A stretch of DNA of 64,000 bases from the NCBI GenBank assembly GCA_041494885.1, contig JBGQBO010000007.1:68359-132358 (forward strand), written 5' to 3'. A program made the position numbers and the translations under genes. This DNA comes from Terriglobia bacterium. Its GTDB lineage: Bacteria; Acidobacteriota; Terriglobia; JAIQFV01. The notes beneath the pieces are model-generated. The model searched no databases, was not told the origin of the DNA, and saw only the letters and a list, made by a program, of their open reading frames with translations. The number at the start of each line of letters is the position of its first letter. The stretch's first letter is position 1. Shown piece after piece: positions 47,827 to 56,923 of this stretch.

Positions 47827-50418
47827 ATGAAGAAGCAGATTATTTTTATCATTCTTTTGATCGGGCTCGTGGCTGGGAACTTCAATGCTCATGCACAATC
47901 CATGGGACAAGCAGGAACGATCACCGGGACCGTTGCTGACCCTTCAGGGGGCGTCGTCCCAGGGGCTAAGGTCGAGATTAAGAATTTCATGACCGGTTAT
48001 GACCGCACGGAGACGAGTGATGCCTCGGGAAATTTCCGCTTTCTGGATGTGCCTCCCAACAACTATCACCTTCAAGTCGTTGCGAAGGGATTCCAGACTT
48101 TCCAACAGGATCTCAACGTGAGAACCTCAGTCCCCATTCATCTCAATGTCCAGTTAAGACTCGCGGCCGAATCAACAACGGTAGATGTTCATTCCGACAA
48201 TGAGAGCATGATTGAGAATGTTCCCACGGCACACACCGACGTGGATAGCTCGGTTTTCTCAAAACTTCCTACTACGTCGCCCGGCTCTGGGGTGAGTGAC
48301 GCCATCACTCTTGCCACGCCCGGAGTGGTCGCGGATTCCAACGGCTTCTTTCATCCCATCGGAGATCATGCCCAAACCGGGTTCTCCGTGGACAACCAGC
48401 CCATCACGGATCAGCAGAGCAAGCTGTTTTCGACCTCTCTGCCACTAAACGCCTTTCAATCCATGGAGGTGATTGCGGGCGCACCACCGGCTGAGTACGG
48501 GGACAAGACCAGTTTAGTGGTCAACGCCATCACACGCTCCGGTGTCGGGGCGAAGAAACCGTTTGGAAGCCTATCTTTGAATTACGGCTCCTTCGGAACT
48601 TACGGCGAGAACTTTTCCTTTGGGTTTGGCAATCTTAAGGCAGGCAATTTTCTTGTGGCCGATACGGTTCGATCTGGACGGTATCTCGACACACCGGAAT
48701 TTTCACCCCTACATGGCAAGGGGAACGGTGAGACCGTCTTTGACCGGATTGATTATGAGCCCACGGCACACGATTTCTTTCATTTGAATCTCTTCTTCGC
48801 CCGTAGCTGGTTTCAAACTCCGAATACCTTTGATCAACAGGCTTCGGGACAGGACCAAAGACAACAAATTCGTTCATTCAACCTCGCGCCGGGTTATGTC
48901 CACATCTTTGGTACCTCGGCGACCCTGACGGTGAGCCCGTTTTTCCGCCATGATGAAGTTCAATATTTCCCAAGCCTGGACAGTGCCGCGGATCTCCCGG
49001 CCACCATCCGGCAAACACGCTTCCTCAGCAATCTGGGGATCAAAGCGGATATTGCTTACGTCCATGGGATTCACAACCTCAAGGTTGGGGCTCAGCTCCA
49101 GCACACCTTTTTGAGTGAGAACTTCAGATTGGGGATTACTGATCCAACATTCAACCCCATTTGCCTCAACGTCGATGGTCACCCAGTGGTCGATCCCCAA
49201 TTCACCAATCCAAGACAATGTGCCGGAGCCGGCTTCACGGTCAATCCCGGCTTGTCTCTGGGGCTGATTCCGTTCGATCTTTCACGCAAGGGCAGCCTGT
49301 TCGGATTTCTGGATCACACCGACGTCAAGGAAGAGGCGTTCTATGTCCAGGACAGCATCACTTGGGGCGGGGCGAACATCCAAGCGGGTCTCCGCGGCGA
49401 TATTTATCGAGGATTGTCCGCCGCTTCGTCCATCGAGCCCCGAATCGGGCTTTCCTATCTGTTTAAACCAACGGGGACGGTTCTTCGACTGGCCTACTCG
49501 CGGTTCTTCGAAACCCCTTACAACGAGAACTTAATTCTTTCCAGTGCCACCGGCGCGGGCGGCCTAGCAACCAATGTCTTTGGTGCTTTTGGTGTGACGC
49601 CCCTGGAACCAGGACGCCGCAATCAGTTTAACGCCGGTTTTCAACAGGCCGTGGGTAAGCATGTCACGGTTGACGCCAGCTACATCTGGAAATACACCGA
49701 CAATGCCTATGATTTTGACACGTTGTTCAGCACGCCCGTGGCCTTTCCCATTGCATGGAGGAAATCTAAGATTGATGGGCTCTCCGTGCGCGTCAATCTG
49801 GCCGAGATTAAGGGATTCAGCGCTTTCACTGTGCTTGGCCACACACGCTCTCGGTTCTTTGGGCCCGAGATCGGCGGGTTGATATTTAATTCACCCATCA
49901 ACAGTTTCGTGTTCCGCATTGACCACGACCAGGTCCTTCAACAAACCACAAATTTCCGGTACCAGTACAAGAAGAATGGTCCCTGGGTTTCCTTTATTTG
50001 GCGTTACGACAGCGGGCTGGTTGCCGGAAGCGTTCCCGACTTGGACACGGCGTTTTCGCTGACTGCAGATCAACAGGCCGCCATCGGCCTCTTTTGCGCA
50101 AATACCTTTGCAACGGTGACTGGCCCCCTCACAGGTTGCCCCTCAGGTTTGGTGGCTGGCGCAACCCGGCTCAGAATTCCGGCCTCAGGAACGGAAAGTG
50201 ACGATACTAACCCTCCGCGAATTGCCCCACGCCACCTATTTGATGTCGGCTTCGGAATTGATAACCTTTTTCACACCGATCGTCCTCGATTTACGCTCCG
50301 GTTGACCGCGGTTAACATCACCAATAGAGTGGCCTTGTACAACTTCCTTTCCACCTTCAGCGGCACTCATTTTGTGACCCCACGGGGCTATACGGCCGAA
50401 CTCGGGATTGTTTGGTAA
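47827..50418 (+). CDS. TonB-dependent-receptor-like outer membrane protein with an N-terminal carboxypeptidase-regulatory-like domain.
   Basis: Signal peptide MKKQIIFIILLIGLVAGNFNAHA, then GTITGTVADPSGGVVPGAKVEIKN...GNFRFLDVPPNNYHLQV (a CarboxypepD_reg-like domain), a long beta-barrel region, and a C-terminal aromatic residue ..ELGIVW. Confidence 0.7.
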   Translation: MKKQIIFIILLIGLVAGNFNAHAQSMGQAGTITGTVADPSGGVVPGAKVEIKNFMTGYDRTETSDASGNFRFLDVPPNNYHLQVVAKGFQTFQQDLNVRTSVPIHLNVQLRLAAESTTVDVHSDNESMIENVPTAHTDVDSSVFSKLPTTSPGSGVSDAITLATPGVVADSNGFFHPIGDHAQTGFSVDNQPITDQQSKLFSTSLPLNAFQSMEVIAGAPPAEYGDKTSLVVNAITRSGVGAKKPFGSLSLNYGSFGTYGENFSFGFGNLKAGNFLVADTVRSGRYLDTPEFSPLHGKGNGETVFDRIDYEPTAHDFFHLNLFFARSWFQTPNTFDQQASGQDQRQQIRSFNLAPGYVHIFGTSATLTVSPFFRHDEVQYFPSLDSAADLPATIRQTRFLSNLGIKADIAYVHGIHNLKVGAQLQHTFLSENFRLGITDPTFNPICLNVDGHPVVDPQFTNPRQCAGAGFTVNPGLSLGLIPFDLSRKGSLFGFLDHTDVKEEAFYVQDSITWGGANIQAGLRGDIYRGLSAASSIEPRIGLSYLFKPTGTVLRLAYSRFFETPYNENLILSSATGAGGLATNVFGAFGVTPLEPGRRNQFNAGFQQAVGKHVTVDASYIWKYTDNAYDFDTLFSTPVAFPIAWRKSKIDGLSVRVNLAEIKGFSAFTVLGHTRSRFFGPEIGGLIFNSPINSFVFRIDHDQVLQQTTNFRYQYKKNGPWVSFIWRYDSGLVAGSVPDLDTAFSLTADQQAAIGLFCANTFATVTGPLTGCPSGLVAGATRLRIPASGTESDDTNPPRIAPRHLFDVGFGIDNLFHTDRPRFTLRLTAVNITNRVALYNFLSTFSGTHFVTPRGYTAELGIVW

Positions 50419-50542
50419 GGTTCGATTGGCACCTCGAAGCTCGGTCTTGGGGTGGTCAGGTAGGATCTCATCTCGGACACACTGTCCGCGAGGATCACCC
50501 CTACACTCTGTTCGGGAAGGAGACAATCTAATTGCGGTTGCT

Positions 50543-50684
50543 GTCGACTGGGATCGGCAGCGATTCGCAAAAGCCGTTTGCCATCGTCATCGTCGGCGGA
50601 ATGATCTCCCGCGTTTCTGTCCATCTTTCTGGCCCCCGTGCTGTATGCGCTGGTCGCCCGGAAGGACGATGTCCTGAAGGTGTA
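50543..50684 (+). pseudogene. Orphan duplicated 3' end of a czcA gene (about 142 bp, roughly 88% identical to 47041-47185, with an indel that frameshifts it).
   Basis: gtcgactgggatcggcagcgattcgcaaaagcc(g/a)tttgccatcgt(c/t)atcgtcggcggaatgatctcccgc... ending ..gatgtcctgaaggtgtag. It translates to ..STGIGSDSQKPFAIVIVGGMISR and then shifts frame. Confidence 0.8.
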
Positions 50685-50844
50685 GTTGATGCAGGAAAAC
50701 ATCGGATCCTTGTCACCTTGAAGCGGACAATCCTATTCATCCCTCAATTGGCCCTTTGCACCTCCGTGCAGCCTTCATGAGCCAATGGTATAATGCCCCT
50801 TCAATTCAGTTTACATGTGACTTTACAAGCATAAGGAGCCTCTC

Positions 50845-52320
50845 ATGAGTGCAACTTCGGTCCCCGCAATTCAAGCGCAGCGACTCTTCATCGCCGGTGA
50901 ATGGCGCGATGGCGCGAAGGGAAAGACGTTCGACACGATCAATCCGGCCACAGGCGAAGTCATCACCACCCTCGCCTCCGCGGAAAAAGAGGATGTCGAC
51001 GCAGCGGTGGCGGCGGCGCGCCAAGCCTTTGACGATCGTGAGAGCGCATGGAAGAAGATGAGCGCCGCTGACCGCGGCAAGCTGCTCTGGAGGATGGCGG
51101 ACCTGATTGAGAAGAACATCGACGAATTCGCGCGCCTCGAAACCCTGGACAACGGCAAGCCCATCTTTGAATCCCGGTATGTGGATATGCCCATGGTGGT
51201 TGAGGTGTTTCAGTATTACGCCGGCTGGGCGACGAAGATTCTCGGCGAGACGATCCCCGTCAAAGGGAACTATTTCAGTTACACCCTGCGCGAACCGGTC
51301 GGCGTCGTGGCGGCGATTACCCCGTGGAATTTTCCATTGCTCCTGGCAAGTTGGAAGATCGCTCCGGCATTGGCGGCAGGCAATACCGTCATTCACAAAC
51401 CTGCCTCTCTCACCCCCCTGACCGCGCTGAAACTGGCTGCGATTGCACAGGAAGCCGGTGTCCCACCCGGAGTGTTCAATGTGATTACCGGCAAGGGCGC
51501 AACCGTGGGGGATGCCCTGGTCGAGCACAAGGGTGTGGACAAGATCGCTTTTACAGGCTCGACCGAAGTCGGGCGCGAGGTGATGCGTAAGGCAGCGGGC
51601 ACAGTGAAAAGGGTCTCTCTCGAACTCGGAGGAAAGTCCCCCAACATCGTTTTCGCCGACGCCGACTTGGACGCCGCCGCCCGGGGCGCCTACCTGGGCA
51701 TCTTTTATGGGAAGGGTGAAGTCTGTGCTGCCGGTTCTCGCCTCTTTGTGGAGGAATCCGTTCACGATCAGTTGATGGAAAAGCTCATCGCCCGTACCAA
51801 GAAGTTGCAGCCGGCGGATCCCATGGACCCCAAGACCCGATTGGGGGCACTGGTCAGCGAGGGTCAATTGGATTCCGTGCTGCGCTACATCGAATCGGGA
51901 AAGGCGGAAGGAGGGCAGCTGGTTGCCGGTGGCCAACGGGTACTGGTCAATGGCAAGGGCAGCTTCCTCCAGCCAACGATTTTTGACCACGTTGATCCAC
52001 GCATGACCATCGCGCGCGATGAGATCTTCGGGCCCGTGCTCGCCACCCTTTCTTTCAAGGGCATGGACGAGGGATTGAGCCTGGCGAATGACACCCTTTA
52101 CGGCTTGGCCGCCGCCGTGTGGACACGCGATATCAAGAGAGCGCATCGCGCTGCCCGCGAGTTAAGGGCCGGCACCATCTGGATTAACACCTACAACGTC
52201 TATGATCCCACCATGCCTTTTGGGGGGTACAAACAATCCGGATTCGGACGCGAACTCGGCATGCAGGCGCTTGACTTGTACACCCAAACCAAAAGCGTCT
52301 GTGTTGACTTAAGTGAATGA
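50845..52320 (+). CDS. NAD(P)-dependent aldehyde dehydrogenase.
   Basis: 491-aa ORF with ITPWNFPL, catalytic Cys region GEVCAAGSR and ELGGKSP. Confidence 0.85.
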   Translation: MSATSVPAIQAQRLFIAGEWRDGAKGKTFDTINPATGEVITTLASAEKEDVDAAVAAARQAFDDRESAWKKMSAADRGKLLWRMADLIEKNIDEFARLETLDNGKPIFESRYVDMPMVVEVFQYYAGWATKILGETIPVKGNYFSYTLREPVGVVAAITPWNFPLLLASWKIAPALAAGNTVIHKPASLTPLTALKLAAIAQEAGVPPGVFNVITGKGATVGDALVEHKGVDKIAFTGSTEVGREVMRKAAGTVKRVSLELGGKSPNIVFADADLDAAARGAYLGIFYGKGEVCAAGSRLFVEESVHDQLMEKLIARTKKLQPADPMDPKTRLGALVSEGQLDSVLRYIESGKAEGGQLVAGGQRVLVNGKGSFLQPTIFDHVDPRMTIARDEIFGPVLATLSFKGMDEGLSLANDTLYGLAAAVWTRDIKRAHRAARELRAGTIWINTYNVYDPTMPFGGYKQSGFGRELGMQALDLYTQTKSVCVDLSE

Positions 52321-52554
52321 TGTGTTTTATGATGCATGGTTTTCGCGGGCTGCCTTGCGATGCCATAGGCTTGGAGCACCCTTTGACCTATGACCTCCCG
52401 CCGGGCCATGAAAGCGGGACCCCAGGGTTTTGACCTCATCGTTCACATTGTGTAGATCCACTCCTTGCCCGACCCCGACCTGATGGGTGGCCAGGGTCGA
52501 TTCTCCCGGGATCCAACTCGTAGGACTTAAAGCATTCCTCATCAAGGAGATTCA

Positions 52555-53139
52555 ATGAAGACTAGACTTGTCGCTGGAGTATTCTTTGTATCGCTTGGAC
52601 TGCTGTCCTCCACCTTTCTCTTCGCGCAGGCTTCCAACGCTTCTCGAGTGGGTGTGATTAACATGCAGACTGCCATTCTCGAGTCCGTCGAGGGAAAGAA
52701 GGCCGCGGAGACGTTGAAAGCCAAATACGATGCCAAAGCTGCCGAGCTTGAGAAGAAAAGGAAGGAAATCGAAGATTTGACCGCCGAGTTGAAGAAGCAG
52801 GAGAAGAACCTCAGCGAAGATGCCCAGGCGCAAAAAACAAAGGCCATCGACACTAAGCAGAAGGAGTTGACCCGCGCGGGCGAAGATGCAAGTAACGAGT
52901 TCAAGCAACTTCAGGACGAGACCATTAATACAATCGGCAACAAAATCCTGAGGATTATCCAAGCCTACGCTGCAGAACAAAGCTATTCTCTTGTGGTTGA
53001 CAGCTCCTCCGCCCAGAGTGGAGTGCTTTACTTCAGTCCGACTACCGACATTACGACTGAAATCATCCGCCGGTTTGATACACAATCCACCACGGCCTCG
53101 ACGCCCAAACCAACTGCACCCGCCACGCCGAAGAAGTAA
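52555..53139 (+). CDS. skp: OmpH/Skp-family periplasmic chaperone.
   Basis: 194-aa ORF with a signal peptide, then a Lys/Glu-rich coiled coil typical of Skp. Confidence 0.7.
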   Translation: MKTRLVAGVFFVSLGLLSSTFLFAQASNASRVGVINMQTAILESVEGKKAAETLKAKYDAKAAELEKKRKEIEDLTAELKKQEKNLSEDAQAQKTKAIDTKQKELTRAGEDASNEFKQLQDETINTIGNKILRIIQAYAAEQSYSLVVDSSSAQSGVLYFSPTTDITTEIIRRFDTQSTTASTPKPTAPATPKK

Positions 53140-53256
53140 GACGCGCCGGAAGGGGGCGATTCTGCGAGCTGGAGAAGTGTATGAGAGACAACAACCTCGA
53201 AGTCCTTTGATGAATCAAAGTGATCAGTGCCATTGAAAGGAATCAGGGCTTAGCTT

Positions 53257-54237
53257 ATGAATACCAGTTTTCGGGAGAGAAATTCAGTTCTTGCCTTTGT
53301 TTTATTCGTTGCAATGATAATCGCCACCGCGGTTCCGCTCCAGGCAGTGGATCCCCAGACCACGGCCCCTCCCAAGCCGGCGCCCGAAACCGCCAAGAAA
53401 CCGGAGCCCAAGGGATCCCCGACTCCCGGGACGGCAAAAACAGACTTCGATAAAACCAATCAACGACTGATTGATATTATCCAGAATGCCTTCACGAGTA
53501 GGATCCCGCCGAACACGGAAATATCGGTCGCTGGAAGAACTCCGTCCAAGCTGGGCGGGCTGGACTCGGTGACGCTTGAGTTTAAGAACGGGGCTAACAC
53601 AAACCGTCTCGACATTTTGGTGACCGCCGACAATAAGTTTGCCGTGGTGGGACAGATCCTTGATCTTTCGAAAGACCCCTTTGCCGAAAACGTCGACAAG
53701 ATCAGCATGACGAACTCACCCGTGTTCGGAAACAAAAACGCCAAGGTGACGATTGTCGAGTATTCTGATTTTCAGTGCCCGTATTGCAGCCAGGCCTATC
53801 GTACCGTCGAAGACGATGTGATGAAGCAATTTGGAGATAAGGTGAAGTTGGTCTACAAGAACTTTCCGCTGCCCGGCCACGCGTGGGCCGAGAGCGCGGC
53901 CATTGCCGGCCTATGTGCCAATCGACAAAGCAACGACGCCTTTTGGGTCCTCTACCGGAGCTTCTTTGAGAACCAGTCGGAAATTAAACCGGAAAACGTG
54001 AAAGCCAAGACCCTCGAATACGCGGCAAAGGCTCAAATCGATACCAAGAAATTTGAAGACTGCTACGATAACAAGCTAACGCTGCCGCAGGTCAAAGCCG
54101 AGATGACCGAGGCGCAGTCGCTGGGCATTACGGGGACCCCTTTGTTTGTGATCAACGGCCATCCGCTTTCCGGGGTCCAGCCATTCAGTTCCTTCCAGAA
54201 AGTGATTGAGGACGAATTGAAGAAGAACCCCAACTGA
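53257..54237 (+). CDS. Secreted DsbA-family thioredoxin-fold protein.
   Basis: Signal peptide, Pro-rich linker, and CPYC active site (SDFQCPYCSQ). Confidence 0.7.
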   Translation: MNTSFRERNSVLAFVLFVAMIIATAVPLQAVDPQTTAPPKPAPETAKKPEPKGSPTPGTAKTDFDKTNQRLIDIIQNAFTSRIPPNTEISVAGRTPSKLGGLDSVTLEFKNGANTNRLDILVTADNKFAVVGQILDLSKDPFAENVDKISMTNSPVFGNKNAKVTIVEYSDFQCPYCSQAYRTVEDDVMKQFGDKVKLVYKNFPLPGHAWAESAAIAGLCANRQSNDAFWVLYRSFFENQSEIKPENVKAKTLEYAAKAQIDTKKFEDCYDNKLTLPQVKAEMTEAQSLGITGTPLFVINGHPLSGVQPFSSFQKVIEDELKKNPN

Positions 54238-54563
54238 GGATGTATGCCATGATTTCAAGGACCTACTACGGAGCTTTTCGGGGGCAAAGGGAACGGTCCG
54301 GTTTTTCCTCGAAGGTTAAACAGAACGTGCCCTGGCGGTGAGACCCCCATGCATCCGCGCGTATAGGTCTCGAAACTCAGACCAGACCCTTTTTGCAGTC
54401 TCGGATTAGGGATGCTGAACCAGAACTCGAACCAACCGGCTCTGCTTCAGCGCTGCCTCCCCTCGAATCGGACTCCCCTATTAATTGGGCTTAAGATCCC
54501 GCCACAATCTTGACAAAGTCTTTTAGTCTACTTACCATCGGGGCAATACCTTAAGAGGCCATC

Positions 54564-56603
54564 GTGACTTCAGAATCCCAATTCCCCGAACCTGAACAGC
54601 AGGCAGAGCACACGGTGCGGGTGTGTGTTCCGGCGGGGTTTTTTGAGCGCCTCACTGCCGCGTGCGATTTCAGGCTGGTCACTCAGCCCGTGTTCGCCTT
54701 GCATGATCTCCGGCCTCAGTCTTCCGAGGTTGACCCCGTTCTCTTTTTTAAGATTGTTTTCCTGGAATACATCCTCGATGTCAGCAGTGATGCCCTGAGG
54801 AAGGAATTCACCGCCCATTCCGGATTGCGCCTTTTCTTGAATATTGACGATCGGACCGCCTTGCCTGCCCCCGAGGAGATTGTTCTCTTCAGGGGAAGGC
54901 TAGGGTGGCTGGGTTTCAAAAGCCTGCTGGATGAAGCCATCCGTGTGGCCAGGAAGAAGGGACTGCCGGAAGCGGACTGTGCAATCATGGAGAAGCGTTA
55001 TGACAATCCACTTGTTGAGGTCATCCGCGAAATGTCTCCTGGCTCACCCGCCACAATCACCCCCTCTTCCCCAGTCGGCCCCAATCCACCTTCAGCAGGA
55101 TTGCGTCACGTCTTCCAAACCGAGGATTTGATGCCTTTTTTCGGCGAACCAGCCCCCTCTGTACTCTCTGAGCAAGAGCCGGTGCGGCCACCCATAGGTC
55201 AAATCAAGACAGTGGAGAGTTCGGTCTACGTGGAGAGATCTCTTCATGCCGCAGCACGGATGTTGTGGGGAGATCAACCGGAGACAAACGAATCCTTGAG
55301 CAAACCTGGTTTCAAGTCTCAAACCACCCCCCCGAGTGGGTTCGGTCTACATACCCCGGCGCCGATCGACCCGCTCCACTCGATCATCGAATCTCTCGAT
55401 GGGGAGCGTGCGGAAAGGACCCCTAAAGGAGGGAAAGGAGAGCCCTCCGATTCTCTGAGCGACGCATCCACAAAGTCATCGAGGACCCAGCCCACCTCCG
55501 GACAGTCGATTACTCTCTCCAGTGCAGTCAGGCCTCCCGATGCCGAATTTGATCCACTCGGAATCGAATCCTTTTTCGACGGATTGTATTCAGCGCCCCC
55601 GGGAAGGGGATCTCAACTATCCGGGGAAACAGAATCCCAAGGGCACTTTGCGCCCCCTCTCCAGTTGAGTTCGAATGCAAAATCACCCGCCCCGCTTCGC
55701 GGAGCACCGGAACACGGGGCCTCCTCGTCCGAGTTCCGGATTTCTTATGATGAAACCCAGGCGAAAATGAACACGCATCAGGAAGTACGGAACTCATTGG
55801 GTACGTCTTCGGGTGACGGGAGTAAAGAGGGGTGGGAGAATTCTTCAGCCTGGGCACGACGGAAAAAATCTGAGGCTGAGGATCGGAGCGGGGAACAACC
55901 CGGAAGATTATTCGATTCGGATGGCGAGGGGGAGTCAACCCCGCAAGAGCAGGAGTGGAATTCTTCTTTAGCCGCGGAGGTGCAAACTCGCCTCACCCAA
56001 GCCGAAGAATCCTTTTCAAAAAGTGGAAAAGAGAGACTCTCCCTTTCCTCGATGGCGGCGTCCTCGCGGCCAAAACGATTCCTTTCAACCGAGTTGATCG
56101 TGAAGGGTCTCTACATTGCGGTACCGCTTCTGGTGTTGTTGGCAGTCTATGTGATGATCGGGGTCTTGAGGAATGCCCAGCCCGTGCCTGCGGCCGTCGA
56201 ATCGGCAAAGCCTGCCCCCTCCGCAGAAGGCAGTCGGAAAACCACGAATTCCCCTGTTCCACAAACTTCGCCAGCGCCGACGAATACCATAACCGGCCGA
56301 GGGTCGCCTTCACCCATCCCTCCAAAGCAGGAATCAAACATGCCCCTGCCAAAGGGAAAGCCCGCTTCCGAAACAGTGCGAATGCCAGGGACGACAGCGA
56401 GGACAACGAGCCGGGTGACTGAGAATCGTCCGCCCGTTCAATCCACAAACGGTTCTTCAGATGAAGTGAAGAAGTTAACATTGATTCGCCATCTTAAGCA
56501 ACAATACGGCCTGGACTTTCAACCCGGTCTCTACACTTACCGGGAACTGAAAGACATCAATGACCGGATGGAAGAAACCCTCAAGAAGGCCGTCAAACGA
56601 TGA
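54564..56603 (+). CDS. Hypothetical 679-aa protein. It has an N-terminal IS5/InsH-transposase N-terminal-like domain (DUF772-like), a long Pro/Ser-rich disordered region, one TM helix and a basic C-terminal tail. There is no DDE domain.
   Basis: GTG start with RBS aagagg. A TTGACA-N17-TACCAT promoter-like motif lies upstream. VDPVLFFKIVFLEYILDVSSDALRKEFTAHSGLRLFLNIDDRTALPAPEEIVLFRGRLGWLGFKSLLDEAIRVARKKGL matches the InsH_N pattern. The TM segment is LYIAVPLLVLLAVYVMIGVL. Confidence 0.5.
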   Translation: MTSESQFPEPEQQAEHTVRVCVPAGFFERLTAACDFRLVTQPVFALHDLRPQSSEVDPVLFFKIVFLEYILDVSSDALRKEFTAHSGLRLFLNIDDRTALPAPEEIVLFRGRLGWLGFKSLLDEAIRVARKKGLPEADCAIMEKRYDNPLVEVIREMSPGSPATITPSSPVGPNPPSAGLRHVFQTEDLMPFFGEPAPSVLSEQEPVRPPIGQIKTVESSVYVERSLHAAARMLWGDQPETNESLSKPGFKSQTTPPSGFGLHTPAPIDPLHSIIESLDGERAERTPKGGKGEPSDSLSDASTKSSRTQPTSGQSITLSSAVRPPDAEFDPLGIESFFDGLYSAPPGRGSQLSGETESQGHFAPPLQLSSNAKSPAPLRGAPEHGASSSEFRISYDETQAKMNTHQEVRNSLGTSSGDGSKEGWENSSAWARRKKSEAEDRSGEQPGRLFDSDGEGESTPQEQEWNSSLAAEVQTRLTQAEESFSKSGKERLSLSSMAASSRPKRFLSTELIVKGLYIAVPLLVLLAVYVMIGVLRNAQPVPAAVESAKPAPSAEGSRKTTNSPVPQTSPAPTNTITGRGSPSPIPPKQESNMPLPKGKPASETVRMPGTTARTTSRVTENRPPVQSTNGSSDEVKKLTLIRHLKQQYGLDFQPGLYTYRELKDINDRMEETLKKAVKR

Positions 56604-56679
56604 AGGGATCCCCCTTCAAACAGACGGGAAATGCAAAGCAACAGGACGGGCAATTCACAGTCAGTGCGAAAGCCGTTTC

Positions 56680-56730
56680 TCGATCAGATTTCAAGATCTG
56701 AAATTTCAGATTTGAGATCAGGCACTGCTT
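56680..56730. terminator. Cluster of overlapping perfect palindromes between convergent genes (candidate bidirectional terminator or hairpin).
   Basis: tcgatcagatttcaagatctgaaatttcagatttgagatcagg contains ATCTGAAA|TTTCAGAT (a 16-bp perfect palindrome) and cagat...atctg. Confidence 0.35.
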
Positions 56731-56923
56731 CGAAACGGGGTTAAAGATCAGCGCCGATGAGGGTGCTTTGAGCAGATCCAAAGTCCGGAACTCTGACGGG
56801 AGATCGCACCTGCAGGAAAAGAGATTTTGAAGTTTTTACTTATTCAGTCCAGTCCTCTCGAGATCTTCCTCCCACCGATTGGGAGAGGGCGTGTTTACCG
56901 AGGTACTGGGTTCGGAATTCGGG

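Noticed and set aside
50532-50780. ORF 50532..50780 (+) as a real small gene
   Set aside because: Its N-terminal 23 aa are the duplicated CzcA C-terminus, then it frameshifts. It is annotated instead as a czcA 3' remnant.
50806-52146. 446-aa minus-strand ORF
   Set aside because: Antisense to the well-supported aldehyde dehydrogenase gene.
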